A stretch of 64,000 bases of DNA, taken from Pseudomonadota bacterium (GTDB taxonomy: Bacteria; Pseudomonadota; Gammaproteobacteria; DASZBR01). A program made the position numbers and the translations under genes. The notes under the pieces were generated by a model that worked only from the letters and a program-made list of their open reading frames with translations, did no database searches and was not told the DNA's origin. The stretch lies in assembly GCA_021777765.1 (NCBI GenBank), contig JAJYDF010000008.1, forward strand, positions 19,022 to 83,021, in the 5' to 3' direction. Of the stretch, positions 53,264 to 63,710 are shown one piece after another; the stretch's first letter is position 1, and each line of letters opens with the position of its first letter.

Positions 53264-55060
53264 ATGGATAGTAATCTTTTTGACCTCATAAGACACGCCG
53301 AGCTATTTAGCTATCTTAACGAAGATGAATTAAAAGAATTATTGAATATCGTTGGATTAATTAATTTACATCCGGGTCAAATTTTATTTGAGCAAAATGA
53401 AGATTCAGATAGCATGTATTTGCTATTAAAAGGAGATCTCGTCGCATCTATCATTACACACAATGACGAAGTTAAAATTCTAGGGTATGTGCGAGCGGGT
53501 GAAATCGTAGGAGAAATGGGATTAATTTCTGCTCAACCTAGAACATTAACTGTTACAGCATTAAATGAAGCAAGTTTGATTAAATTAACACGTAATGTTT
53601 TTGAACAATATTTTCAAGATCGTCCTCAACCGTTACTGCATATACTTTCTCTTGTTATTAATCGTGCACAACATACCATTCAATCAATTAGTACAATAAA
53701 ACGATGTACCGTTATCGCGATAGTTCCTGCAAATGAAAATAAAATAATTGATGTACTGTTTGATCAAATCAGTGAATTACTTAAAAATAATGTTAAAGTG
53801 AGTTTGTTATCTGAAAAAGACTTTCACAGTCATCCTACTTTAGATACCGCAAAAAGATTAATTGATAAATTAAGTCGATCATGTGATTTTATACTATTTA
53901 AAGTTGATTTAAATAATGAAATTACTAAACAATTAATCTATGAGAAGACACAGCGTGTATTAGTGATTGCCGAGCATGCTGAAAAACCTGATTTGCATGA
54001 TTTTGTAAAAAAATTAATTAATAATAAATCTTATGAATTTATTAAAAAAGAATTAGTATTGATCTATAACAAACCCAAAATGGTGCCTCAATTTACTAAA
54101 TTATGGTTAAATGAAGGACAGTTTTCTCAACACTATCATATAAAAATGCAACAAGATGATTATAATTATTTACTTCGTTTTTTAGTGGGTGAACCCATAG
54201 GTTTGGTTTTAAGTGGTGGTGGCATAAAAGGATGGGCCCACGTCGGTGCACTAAAAGCCTTATATGAAGCACAAATTCCTATTGATGCTGTTGGTGGAAC
54301 GAGTATAGGCGCTATTGTGGGCGCATCTTATTTACTAAATGAAGATTATTTAGGTTTAGTCGATGCGATGCATGAGTTTGCTAATTTTGCACAAAGCATG
54401 ATTCAAGTTAAAGAATTTACTTATCCCATAATTTCAGTATTAGATGGTAAAAAGAAATTTATTGGTTTATATAAATTGTTTAATGGTATGCATATCGAAG
54501 ATTTATGGCGACCCTTTTTCAGTATCTCAGCAAATCTCAGTGATAATATTGAAGTGGTTAATCGTCAAGACAGTTTATGGCTATGGACCAGCGCCAGTAG
54601 TTCGCTTCCTGGTCTTGTGCCGCCCATTACCCATGAAGGAAAAATTTATTTAGATGGTGGCGTGGTGAATAGTTTGCCAGTTGATGTGATGAAAAATATT
54701 TTAGGGGATAAAGGAAGAATTATTGCAATCGATTTAAGTTTATCGTTAAAAAGTGACTCAGGTTATTCATTTCCTCCAGTCATTACTTTTAAAGATGCAT
54801 TACTTTATAAATTGAAATTTAAAAAATATAAAGATTTCAAATTTCCCAATTTTACATCCACTTTATTGGAATCATTAATGATGGGTTCGCAAACCAAAAC
54901 AGAACAAAATTTATTACTAGCAGATATTGTTGTGCGTCCAGATTTATCCAAATATCGAATGATGAGTTCATTACCTTTAGCGGATGAATTAATGGAAATT
55001 GGTTACCGTGCAATGTCAGAGCAATTACAGTTAATTATGAAAGATTACCATCCAGTGTAA
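53264..55060 (+). CDS. cyclic-nucleotide-binding domain fused to patatin-like phospholipase (NTE-like)
   Basis: N-terminal cNMP-binding-like region (GQILFEQNEDSDSMYLLLKGDL...GEIVGEMGLI). Patatin motifs GLVLSGGGIKGWAHVG and GTSIGA (GxSxG), plus the DGG catalytic-Asp motif. Confidence 0.85.
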   Translation: MDSNLFDLIRHAELFSYLNEDELKELLNIVGLINLHPGQILFEQNEDSDSMYLLLKGDLVASIITHNDEVKILGYVRAGEIVGEMGLISAQPRTLTVTALNEASLIKLTRNVFEQYFQDRPQPLLHILSLVINRAQHTIQSISTIKRCTVIAIVPANENKIIDVLFDQISELLKNNVKVSLLSEKDFHSHPTLDTAKRLIDKLSRSCDFILFKVDLNNEITKQLIYEKTQRVLVIAEHAEKPDLHDFVKKLINNKSYEFIKKELVLIYNKPKMVPQFTKLWLNEGQFSQHYHIKMQQDDYNYLLRFLVGEPIGLVLSGGGIKGWAHVGALKALYEAQIPIDAVGGTSIGAIVGASYLLNEDYLGLVDAMHEFANFAQSMIQVKEFTYPIISVLDGKKKFIGLYKLFNGMHIEDLWRPFFSISANLSDNIEVVNRQDSLWLWTSASSSLPGLVPPITHEGKIYLDGGVVNSLPVDVMKNILGDKGRIIAIDLSLSLKSDSGYSFPPVITFKDALLYKLKFKKYKDFKFPNFTSTLLESLMMGSQTKTEQNLLLADIVVRPDLSKYRMMSSLPLADELMEIGYRAMSEQLQLIMKDYHPV

Positions 55061-55550
55061 CTACAGCATTATTTAATTTTTGATCACGCCAACGCCATAT
55101 TAACCATACGGCAATCACGCCAGTTAATTTGCCAAGATTCATTACAATAAATCCTGCTTCATTGAATTGATGGATCATATAAAGGAATAGTGCACTATCA
55201 ATAGGAGCGCTGAATGATGCAGACCATAATATGCGTTGTGATAGTGGTTTTTTAGTGAAAGTATATATTGACCAATCTATTAATTCTCCTACAGAAAAAG
55301 CGGTGACACTGGCAATTGCTACAGTTTTATCGGCTAAGATATAACTTAAAACACTGCCAATTAACATGGCAACAATCACGTAATGTTTAATTTCGCGTTG
55401 TGCAAGATCACGGAATACGTAAATAAATCCAACCACAATATCTGCTGAAGAATATGGTGCACCAAATAAAGTAAAATAAGGTGCAACGCTTATGTAATAA
55501 TTAATTAATACGATGAAAACGATGTAACTGATGGTAAACTGAAAACGCAT
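55035..55550 (-). CDS. VUT/DUF165-family membrane protein (YhhQ-like queuosine-precursor transporter)
   Basis: Aligns by eye with E. coli YhhQ (FRDLAQREIKHYVIVAMLIGSVLSYIL versus ATDLTVRIFGAPLARRIIFAVMIPALLISYV). Its 3' end overlaps the patatin gene by 26 bp. Confidence 0.55.
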   Translation of the reverse strand: MRFQFTISYIVFIVLINYYISVAPYFTLFGAPYSSADIVVGFIYVFRDLAQREIKHYVIVAMLIGSVLSYILADKTVAIASVTAFSVGELIDWSIYTFTKKPLSQRILWSASFSAPIDSALFLYMIHQFNEAGFIVMNLGKLTGVIAVWLIWRWRDQKLNNAVVTLDGNLS

Positions 55551-55576
55551 AATAACACCTCAATTTTATTTATTTT

Positions 55577-55756
55577 ATGTAGCCTCGGTGGAGTCAAGTG
55601 ATAACATAGTAAAATACTAATGAATTTAATTTGGCACATAAACATTTAATATGTTGACGTAACCCGGGTTGCGCCCTTTAATTAAAAGAATTTTTACATT
55701 AATTTTAAATTAATCAATATAAATATTTAACTCAAATGGCTTCACCCAGGCTACAT
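55577..55756. repeat. MITE-like element: ~17-bp imperfect terminal inverted repeats of family 3 flanking ~145 bp
   Basis: ATGTAGCCTCGGTGGAG at 55577-55593 versus the reverse complement of 55741-55756 (ATGTAGCCTGGGTGAA). Interior contains an AACCCGGGTT palindrome. Confidence 0.55.
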
Positions 55757-55766
55757 GTTTATAATA

Positions 55767-58022
55767 TTAATTTTCTACTTCTAATTTATCTACTCGCTGA
55801 TAACCGCGTGGTAAGTTACCCCCACGACGCGCACGTTCAGCAATATAATTTTTCAGATCAGCCGGTTTTAATGTGAATTTCCTATTGCCACAATGTAAAA
55901 TCAGCGATTTATCTTCGGGCACAACTACTGCATCAACAACAAATTCTGCACCTTTCGCAAATTTAGAGGTAGGGATGCCAATCATTTTATTGCCTTTACC
56001 TTTAGGCATAATGGGTAATTCTTTTGCAGGAAATAATAATAAATGGCCAACATTATCGACGCAGGCAATTAAATCTTTTTTAACATTGTTCACAATACTC
56101 GGTGTTAAAACTTTTGCATTTTGTGTCGGTTTCAACACGGTTTTACCTGCACGGTTTTTACCTTGTAATTCACTCAGCGGCACAATAAATCCATAACCAG
56201 CACTGGTGGATAATAAAATTAATTGCTCAGGCTCACCCATTAAAACACCTTCAAATGTAGCACCGGCTGGTGGATTAATACGGCCAGTTAATGGTTCACC
56301 TTGACCGCGTGCTGAAGGTAATTGATGTGCGGGTAATGAATAAGTGCGTCCTGTTGAATCAACAAATACGGCCAGTTGATTGCTTTTACCCAAAGCTGCC
56401 AATTTAAAACCATCACCTGCTTTGTAGCTTAAAGTATTAGGATCGATAGCATGACCTTTAGCGGCACGAACCCAACCCATCGTTGATAAAACAACCGTTA
56501 CTGGTTCGCTGGGAATTAATTCATCTTCTCGAATGGCTTGTGCTTCACTGCGAGTCACTAACGGTGATCGACGTGCATCACCATATTTTTCTGCGTCCGC
56601 AATTAATTCTTGTCTAATCAGTGTTTTTAATTTTTTATCAGAACCTAATATTTTTTCTAAATGATCACGTTCTTTTGCTAATTCATCTTGTTCACCACGA
56701 ATTTGCATTTCTTCTAATTTTGCTAAATGACGTAATTTTAATTCTAAAATTGCTTCAGCTTGTAAATCCGTCAAATTAAATCGTTTCATTAACACAGGTT
56801 TAGGGTGATCTTCACGACGAATAATAGCGATCACTTCATCGATATTTAAATAAGCAATTAATAAACCTTCTAAAATATGTAACCGGGCTAATACTTTTTC
56901 TAATCGAAATTGCAAACGACGGCGCACGGTAATGGTGCGAAATTCCAGCCATTCTTGCAAAATATCCACTAATCCTTTAACGCGCGGGCGGCCATCTAAT
57001 CCAATCATATTCATATTAATACGATAGGTGCGTTCTAAATCGGTGGTAGCAAATAAATGTGCCATTAATGCATCGATATCAATGCGATTTGATCGTGGAA
57101 TAATAACTAAACGTGTTGGATTTTCATGATCAGATTCATCGCGTAAATCTTCAATCATGGGTAATTTTTTATCACGCATTTGTGTGGCAATTTGTTCTAA
57201 GATTTTTGCGCCGGATACTTGATAAGGTAATGCGGTAATAACAATATCGCCTTCTTCTTTAGTATAAACGGCACGTTGTCGCACCATACCGTTACCTTGA
57301 CGATACATTTCAATAATATCTTGTCTGGGTGTAATAATTTCTGCTGCAGTTGGAAAATCGGGCCCTTGAATATGTTGGCAAAGTTCTTCTAAAGAGGCGC
57401 GTGGATTATCTAATAATGTGACACACCCTAATGCAATTTCCCGTAAATTATGGGGAGGGATATCGGTAGCCATACCCACCGCAATACCCGTCGTACCATT
57501 TAATAATACGTTAGGTAATCGTGCTGGTAATATTGCAGGTTCTGTTAATGTGCCATCAAAATTGGGTACCCAATCTACAGTTCCTTGTTCTAATTCGGAT
57601 AATAATAATTCAGCATAAAGTGTTAAACGTGATTCTGTATAACGCATCGCTGCGAATGATTTAGGATCATCAGACGAGCCCCAATTGCCTTGTCCATCCA
57701 CAAAGGGATAACGGTAGGAAAAAGGTTGTGCCATGAGTACCATCGCTTCATAACATGCTTGATCACTATGCGGATGGAATTTACCTAATACATCACCCAC
57801 CGTACGGGCGGATTTTTTAAATTTTGCCGTATTTTTTAAACCCAATTCAGACATGGCATAAATAATGCGACGTTGCACTGGTTTTAAGCCATCGCCAATA
57901 TGGGGCAATGCGCGATCCAGAATGACCGACATGGAATAATCTAAATAGGCTTTTTCTGTAAATTCTTTAAGAGGGCGACGTTCGACGCCTTCGAAATTTA
58001 TGGGTGTAACAGTATCGCTCAT
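55767..58022 (-). CDS. parC: DNA topoisomerase IV subunit A
   Basis: Near-colinear with E. coli ParC, including the DGLKPVQRR and active-site ...AAMRYTE... motifs. 751 aa, whereas GyrA is ~870 aa. Confidence 0.92.
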   Translation of the reverse strand: MSDTVTPINFEGVERRPLKEFTEKAYLDYSMSVILDRALPHIGDGLKPVQRRIIYAMSELGLKNTAKFKKSARTVGDVLGKFHPHSDQACYEAMVLMAQPFSYRYPFVDGQGNWGSSDDPKSFAAMRYTESRLTLYAELLLSELEQGTVDWVPNFDGTLTEPAILPARLPNVLLNGTTGIAVGMATDIPPHNLREIALGCVTLLDNPRASLEELCQHIQGPDFPTAAEIITPRQDIIEMYRQGNGMVRQRAVYTKEEGDIVITALPYQVSGAKILEQIATQMRDKKLPMIEDLRDESDHENPTRLVIIPRSNRIDIDALMAHLFATTDLERTYRINMNMIGLDGRPRVKGLVDILQEWLEFRTITVRRRLQFRLEKVLARLHILEGLLIAYLNIDEVIAIIRREDHPKPVLMKRFNLTDLQAEAILELKLRHLAKLEEMQIRGEQDELAKERDHLEKILGSDKKLKTLIRQELIADAEKYGDARRSPLVTRSEAQAIREDELIPSEPVTVVLSTMGWVRAAKGHAIDPNTLSYKAGDGFKLAALGKSNQLAVFVDSTGRTYSLPAHQLPSARGQGEPLTGRINPPAGATFEGVLMGEPEQLILLSTSAGYGFIVPLSELQGKNRAGKTVLKPTQNAKVLTPSIVNNVKKDLIACVDNVGHLLLFPAKELPIMPKGKGNKMIGIPTSKFAKGAEFVVDAVVVPEDKSLILHCGNRKFTLKPADLKNYIAERARRGGNLPRGYQRVDKLEVEN

Positions 58023-58387
58023 AAGTTATTGGTTACCTCTGGTCATTTTCCATTTCCTGCGTTTAGCCAAGGAATACATTTTTTATAAAAACCGACTATT
58101 ATTACACAGAATTGAAAAGAATTGAAAAAAATCATTAGGGTCTATTCCGCCTCATTAATTTGACCTTCTTTAAAAATACTTCTTAATTAACTTTAAGTGA
58201 AATCCATTTAAAAATTGAAAAAAATTTATGAGAGAATTTCATTTAATAATATCAAATTAACAGACAATGAAAATCTCTCTAAATAGACAAATAAATGAAA
58301 CTAAATTCATCGAAATAATCTTTTTATAAGATATCAAATCATATATCATTGCCTATTTTTTCAAATAAATTCCGAGGCATTATTGGT

Positions 58388-59032
58388 ATGTTAGAACTCA
58401 TTCAAGCGATCCCCTTTAGCTATGCAGCGATTTTTCCGGTATTGAATCCGTTAGGATCTGCCGTGATTTTTTTATCTTTGACACGGGGTGCTTCTGAGCA
58501 TGAATTACGAAAACTCGCATTCAAAGTTGCGATTAATACTTTCGTTTTGTTAATTGCTGTTTTGCTAGCAGGATATTGGATACTGAAATTTTTTGGTTTA
58601 ACTATGCCTATTGTAGAAGTGGGTGGAGGAATGGTTGTTGCCTATATCGGATGGTCGCAATTAAATGCAGCCCACGATAGTGAAAAACATGAAAATGAAA
58701 AAGTACGTGGCAAAAAAGATATTCAGAGCATGGCTTTTTTTCCATTAACCATGCCATTAACAGCAGGCCCCGGTTGCATTGCTGTCACATTAACCATTGG
58801 TGCACATTCTATTGCCACAGCCGTTTTATTAAAACAAATCGGTATCTGCTTAGGTATATTATTAGCCGCAATCACCGTTTATTTATGTTATGGCTACGCC
58901 GATAAAATAATGAAAACCTTAGGCACCTCCGGCACGCAAGTTATTCTGCGCTTATCATCATTTATATTATTATGCATTGGTTTGCAGATTGTGTGGAAAG
59001 GCGTGCATACGTTGATGGTTGGAGGTGTATAA
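58388..59032 (+). CDS. marC: MarC-family (UPF0056) membrane protein
   Basis: Aligns with E. coli MarC from MLELIQAI. Six TM helices. The ORF extends upstream to 58349. Confidence 0.8.
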   Translation: MLELIQAIPFSYAAIFPVLNPLGSAVIFLSLTRGASEHELRKLAFKVAINTFVLLIAVLLAGYWILKFFGLTMPIVEVGGGMVVAYIGWSQLNAAHDSEKHENEKVRGKKDIQSMAFFPLTMPLTAGPGCIAVTLTIGAHSIATAVLLKQIGICLGILLAAITVYLCYGYADKIMKTLGTSGTQVILRLSSFILLCIGLQIVWKGVHTLMVGGV

Positions 59033-59101
59033 TTTTTTTATACCAATAGAATGTCTAATATAAACATTATTAGTAGATGTTTTTTTTAAATGAGCCATCT
59101 C

Positions 59102-59773
59102 CTAAAAAGAGGATTTTAGTGCCATCGCATTTTTTTTCAATTGAGGTGGGGGAGGAGGTGGTGGTACATAGGGACCTGGTTTTGGGACGCCCCACTCATA
59201 TCTTCTTTTAGAATAATTTTCATCGTCTAAATCAGTTTGTTTAATTTCTTCAAGCGGTGCTTTATTAAATAATGTTGCGGGATTTTCCACTAATGTTTGT
59301 CCTGGATTTTCAACAACTACATTAGGATCTTCGAAAGAGCCATTACTTATTTTTTCTTCGAATGCTTCTTTTAATTCGGTTTTTTCATTGTGTAGTGCAG
59401 CTTCTTCTGGTTTAAGAGGTGTAATAGGTGATTCCATTGGGTTTTTATTAATTGGCTGTTCAGGTAATGGTAAATTACTGGCTGATTCTTCAGGCGAATC
59501 ATTATTTAAAGAAGATGCAATTTTTTGCTGATCAAAAGGTATCTGTGGCGATTTTTGCGAAATTAAAAATAAAAAATATCCTATAATTCCACCAAGCGCA
59601 CTTGCTAATATTAATTGAAGTAAATTAAAAATAATGGGCAACTGAAACAGTTTATTTTGGAAGACGCTTAGTGATAAAGAAGTAGTTGTTAGTAAAGGCG
59701 TCATTATTCTTAATAAAAACCAAGTTAGACAGCCAGTAAGCATACTATTTATAGTAAATTTAAGATGTGACAT
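59102..59773 (-). CDS. hypothetical membrane protein with poly-proline C-terminus
   Basis: Three N-terminal TM helices, an acidic linker and a PGPYVPPPPPPPQ tail. Confidence 0.6.
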   Translation of the reverse strand: MSHLKFTINSMLTGCLTWFLLRIMTPLLTTTSLSLSVFQNKLFQLPIIFNLLQLILASALGGIIGYFLFLISQKSPQIPFDQQKIASSLNNDSPEESASNLPLPEQPINKNPMESPITPLKPEEAALHNEKTELKEAFEEKISNGSFEDPNVVVENPGQTLVENPATLFNKAPLEEIKQTDLDDENYSKRRYEWGVPKPGPYVPPPPPPPQLKKNAMALKSSF

Positions 59774-59900
59774 GGCTCTATCCTCAGGTGATGTAATTAT
59801 TTATATTTAACACAATGGATGAACTATGAATTTTGATTAAAATCAATGAAACAAATTAATTATTTCATGGAGTATGAATACTCATTTAAAATTTTTGTTC

Positions 59901-60554
59901 TTATAAGCCTAATAATCCATATAATGTAGCTTGCAGCCAAGCTATTGCGGGGTTCAAAACAGCATTTAAAATGCCAAAAATTAATAAACCTACTAAAATA
60001 AAAAAACCGTAGGGTTCTAGTTTATTATAATAATAACCATGACGTGGTGATAAAAAGCTGGTAACAACACGACTTCCGTCTAATGGTGGCACTGGCAATA
60101 AATTCAAAACTAATAATACCAAATTAATCATGACACCGATTTGTCCCATATAGGCTAATAAGACGCCCCATACCATGCCATGTTGTTTTATTAAAAATCC
60201 CAATTTAATGATAAAGCCCCATAACACCGCCATGATTAAATTAGCAAAAGGTCCAGCAGCAGCGACTAATGCCATATCTCGTTTTGGATTTCTTAAATTA
60301 CGATAATCAACCGGTACTGGTTTCGCCCAACCAAAAATAAATCCGCCTAATGTGACGGCTAAAGCCGGTACAATAATAGTGCCAATTAAATCGATATGTT
60401 TAATGGGATTTAATGTTAATCGACCCATTAGGCGTGCAGTTGCATCCCCGCACAAATTTGCAATAAAACCATGTGCAACTTCATGGACTGTAATGGCAAA
60501 TATAATCGGGATGGTATAAACAACAATTTTTTGTAATAAAGTGAGGTCGACCAT
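59901..60554 (-). CDS. site-2-protease-family zinc metalloprotease (M50)
   Basis: HEVAHG (HExxH) inside the first TM helix. Polytopic, 217 aa. Confidence 0.8.
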   Translation of the reverse strand: MVDLTLLQKIVVYTIPIIFAITVHEVAHGFIANLCGDATARLMGRLTLNPIKHIDLIGTIIVPALAVTLGGFIFGWAKPVPVDYRNLRNPKRDMALVAAAGPFANLIMAVLWGFIIKLGFLIKQHGMVWGVLLAYMGQIGVMINLVLLVLNLLPVPPLDGSRVVTSFLSPRHGYYYNKLEPYGFFILVGLLIFGILNAVLNPAIAWLQATLYGLLGL

Positions 60555-60597
60555 TGCTTCATCCTAAAAAATTAAATCAATATTAATTGCCTCGTCA

Positions 60598-60654
60598 TTT
60601 GTGTTCCTTCTCCCGCTTGCGGGAGACGGTGCCTTCGGTAGATGAGGGGAGTTC
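60598..60654. repeat. REP-like family 1 unit
   Basis: TTCCTTCTCCCGCTTGCGGGAGACGGTGCCTTCGGTAGATGAGGGGAG. Confidence 0.85.
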
Positions 60655-60820
60655 TAATGCATAGCAAATTTGATTAAACGCTAACTACTAAGATAGTCCT
60701 GTAAAAATAATAAGATTTTAAAATGTTAACTATTATTATTAACTGCCGCAATGATATTTCACAAAAATGTCTATAATTATTAGAATCCTAAGATATGATT
60801 TAACACGGAAACAAATACTC

Positions 60821-61504
60821 ATGTGTGGACGATTCACTTTAGCATCACGTGCTGAAACAATTGCTGATTATTTTGGCATAGAAGAACCATTGCAATTAAA
60901 ACCCCGCTATAATATCGCGCCCAGCCAAGACATTTTGGTTTTGCGTCAATTATCTGAAAAACCGCCGCAATTTGTATGGATGCGTTGGGGATTAATTCCG
61001 GCGTGGCAAAAAGAAGAAGATATTGGTTCGCAGTGGATAAATGCACGTGCAGAAACGATAGACGAAAAACCTTTATTTAAAAAATTATTTCAAAAGAAAA
61101 GATGTTTAATTGTAGTGGATGGTTTTTATGAGTGGCATGTAATCAATAAACAAGTTAAGCAGCCTTATTATATTTGTAAAAAAGATCATGGCCCTTTTGT
61201 TTTTGCAGGATTGTGGGAGCATTGGGAAAATAAAGCAGGAAAAATAATAGAAAGTTGCACGCTTTTGACCACGGATGCAAATAATTTGTTAAAACCTATT
61301 CACCATAGAATGCCCGTAATTCTCCCAAAAACAGATTTTAATCATTGGTTAGACAGCGAACAACAAGATGTTAAAAAAATAAAAAATCTGTTAAAAAGTT
61401 ATAATTTATCGCAGTTTACCGCTTTTCCAGTGAGTAATTATGTCAATAGTCCTAGAAATGATAATATACAATGCATCACCCCTCTGGACGAGCAGCTTGA
61501 TTAA
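60821..61504 (+). CDS. yedK: SOS-response-associated peptidase (SRAP/YedK), abasic-site processing protein
   Basis: N-terminal MCGRF with catalytic Cys2, then NIAPSQ. The ORF extends upstream to 60767. Confidence 0.88.
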   Translation: MCGRFTLASRAETIADYFGIEEPLQLKPRYNIAPSQDILVLRQLSEKPPQFVWMRWGLIPAWQKEEDIGSQWINARAETIDEKPLFKKLFQKKRCLIVVDGFYEWHVINKQVKQPYYICKKDHGPFVFAGLWEHWENKAGKIIESCTLLTTDANNLLKPIHHRMPVILPKTDFNHWLDSEQQDVKKIKNLLKSYNLSQFTAFPVSNYVNSPRNDNIQCITPLDEQLD

Positions 61505-61518
61505 ATCATATTAATTAT

Positions 61519-62430
61519 TTATGGTGATATGATAATTCGACTCTCAGTCGAGGTTTGTTGTGTTACTGCATTTACTGATGGTTGCATTTCACTATCGTAT
61601 AAAGAATTATTATTTAATATAACATGGCTTAATTTTTCTTCATCAGGTATGCGTGCACCACGACATTTCATAGCGTCTGACGCTCTTTGAATAGAAGCTT
61701 TTTCATTTATAATTATTTTCACCAAAGAAGACGATCTATTATCTAATTCAGAGAGGTTTATAATCCGATTACAGTAGGCGTTAAATAATAATAGTGTACC
61801 AACTATTGTATATATGGATTGTGCTTTAGTGAGTGATTGAATGTCATTGATAGCTGAACGGGTATCTTGTGTGATATTCCATTTCTTATTGCCAAATAAT
61901 TTGTTTCTACAGAGAAAAAATTTAGCGAGGTCATATTCTTTTGCTGATTGCTCTAAATATATTTTTGCATTATTGGCATCACTATTATTGACACAAATAA
62001 AAGATAATAATAATTGAGCAACACTATTACCATTATTGGCATAATTTCTTATTTGTTGTGTTTCAGTGATGTGTAAGTTGCTTAGTATTGATAGAATTCG
62101 TTGATCTGAGCTATCTAAAAAAGATAGATATGTAAACTCATTCAAAATGATTTCGCCTACAACGCATGGTTCTTTTGGTATTTGTGGGTCTATTTTTGCT
62201 AATTCTTTATCAGTATCCTGTTCAATAAGATCGGATACTTTAAATGTTGGCCCAACCCAAAAAGGAAGAACGGCTGCACAAAATTGACTTAATAAACTGT
62301 CTGGTTGCCATTTTATGTTGTATTTTGTGAATATATTTAACATAAAGCGTTTTTCTTGCAGACTTTTACCATATTTTTTCGCAGGATTAAGATTAAGATC
62401 GGCTAATTCAATCTCTTCAGCTGGTTTCAT
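61519..62430 (-). CDS. hypothetical protein, paralog A of a tandem pair
   Basis: 303 aa. Shares the (K/E)(E/K)YDLAKF(F/I)L(C/L)RN(K/Q)LF...(K/Q)W block with the adjacent gene. Confidence 0.7.
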   Translation of the reverse strand: MKPAEEIELADLNLNPAKKYGKSLQEKRFMLNIFTKYNIKWQPDSLLSQFCAAVLPFWVGPTFKVSDLIEQDTDKELAKIDPQIPKEPCVVGEIILNEFTYLSFLDSSDQRILSILSNLHITETQQIRNYANNGNSVAQLLLSFICVNNSDANNAKIYLEQSAKEYDLAKFFLCRNKLFGNKKWNITQDTRSAINDIQSLTKAQSIYTIVGTLLLFNAYCNRIINLSELDNRSSSLVKIIINEKASIQRASDAMKCRGARIPDEEKLSHVILNNNSLYDSEMQPSVNAVTQQTSTESRIIISP

Positions 62431-62588
62431 AATGCCCTCTTCAATGATTTATAATAAAATTATTCAATTTAAAAGTTCATCACATCTCTGTGTTTTAGTC
62501 AGTTTCCATAAAATGCATGTGCGTATCCATTTATTTTTTTAAAGATATACTTACGTGCGCATCTTTAAAGATAATGAGAAAATTTTTA

Positions 62589-63497
62589 TTAACGAGAAAA
62601 TTTGTTTTTATAGCTGTGTTGATTATTATTTTGTTGTTGTTTATTAGCATTTAAAATCCGATATAGTGGAAATATACCACCACTCGGTCCACCATAAGGC
62701 AGAATCATTTGTTGCTTATTTTCAGAAGCATGATAAGACAAGAGCGGTTTAACACAGTTTTGTAAAGTGCTACTCAATTGCTCGAATCGAACACCACTAT
62801 TTTTTAAACATAATGTCTGATGAATTAACCCTGCACCGAGTAATTTATATATTTTGTCTTTATTTGATAAATTTTCTATGCCGTCAATGAGTTGTGTAAT
62901 ATCGGTTTGTTCCGTATCAAATCCCCATTGTTTTGATTTAAACAATTGATTTCTTAATAATATAAATTTTGCGAGATCATACTTTTCTGCTGCACGTTTT
63001 AAATAAGCTTTTGCGGAATGTTGATCATTTCTTTTTAGGCAAATGAATGCATATAACAATTGAAAACGGGAATGATCTTTATCAGCATAATGTTTTATTT
63101 TTTCTTCATAATGAGATGCGTCAGTGAGTTGATTTAACTTTTCTAAATGCTCAAATATATTTTTTTCTAAATAATGACCTGAATTAATTTTTGTGTATTT
63201 CCACAAGGGGATATCTTCATCTTCTTGGCAAAAACTATCTGGCAATTGGAGGTCTCTGTTTTTAATGGCGGTATCCAGTTCTTCTTTTGTTAAGTGAGTA
63301 ATATCATGATTTTTTAATTTATAGTTACTGGCGAAATGTGACCATATTTTTCTGCAAACTGAAAAGGTGGATCGGTTCCAATTTAATTCAGTAATACGAT
63401 ATATTTTTAATAGAAATTGATTTGCTTCTAAATTTTCATCGGAGGTAGGCATCTTATTTTTATTGGACATCTCTTGCATTTCAATAGCGGTAGGCAT
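62589..63497 (-). CDS. hypothetical protein, paralog B of a tandem pair
   Basis: 302 aa, divergent paralog of 61519-62430. Confidence 0.7.
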   Translation of the reverse strand: MPTAIEMQEMSNKNKMPTSDENLEANQFLLKIYRITELNWNRSTFSVCRKIWSHFASNYKLKNHDITHLTKEELDTAIKNRDLQLPDSFCQEDEDIPLWKYTKINSGHYLEKNIFEHLEKLNQLTDASHYEEKIKHYADKDHSRFQLLYAFICLKRNDQHSAKAYLKRAAEKYDLAKFILLRNQLFKSKQWGFDTEQTDITQLIDGIENLSNKDKIYKLLGAGLIHQTLCLKNSGVRFEQLSSTLQNCVKPLLSYHASENKQQMILPYGGPSGGIFPLYRILNANKQQQNNNQHSYKNKFSR

Positions 63498-63710
63498 CTA
63501 TATATCTCTTTAAATAGTTAATAATTGTAATGGCGCTAGTATAATTTGATATTGTTCATGATATAATAACTAAATTTTGAACATCATTTGTTCCAAAATG
63601 GCACAAATAGATTTTTGCTGAAGGATCCAACAAAATTTTATCTATCACGGTCCCTTTGATTATCAGCCAAGGAGGGAGAGTAAGGCACAGACAAATTTTA
63701 TAAGGTGTTT

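Noticed and set aside
59033-59101. Imperfect palindrome ATCTCCTAAAAAGAGGAT between marC and the downstream convergent gene
   Set aside because: The stem is imperfect and short. It may be a weak terminator but is not convincing.
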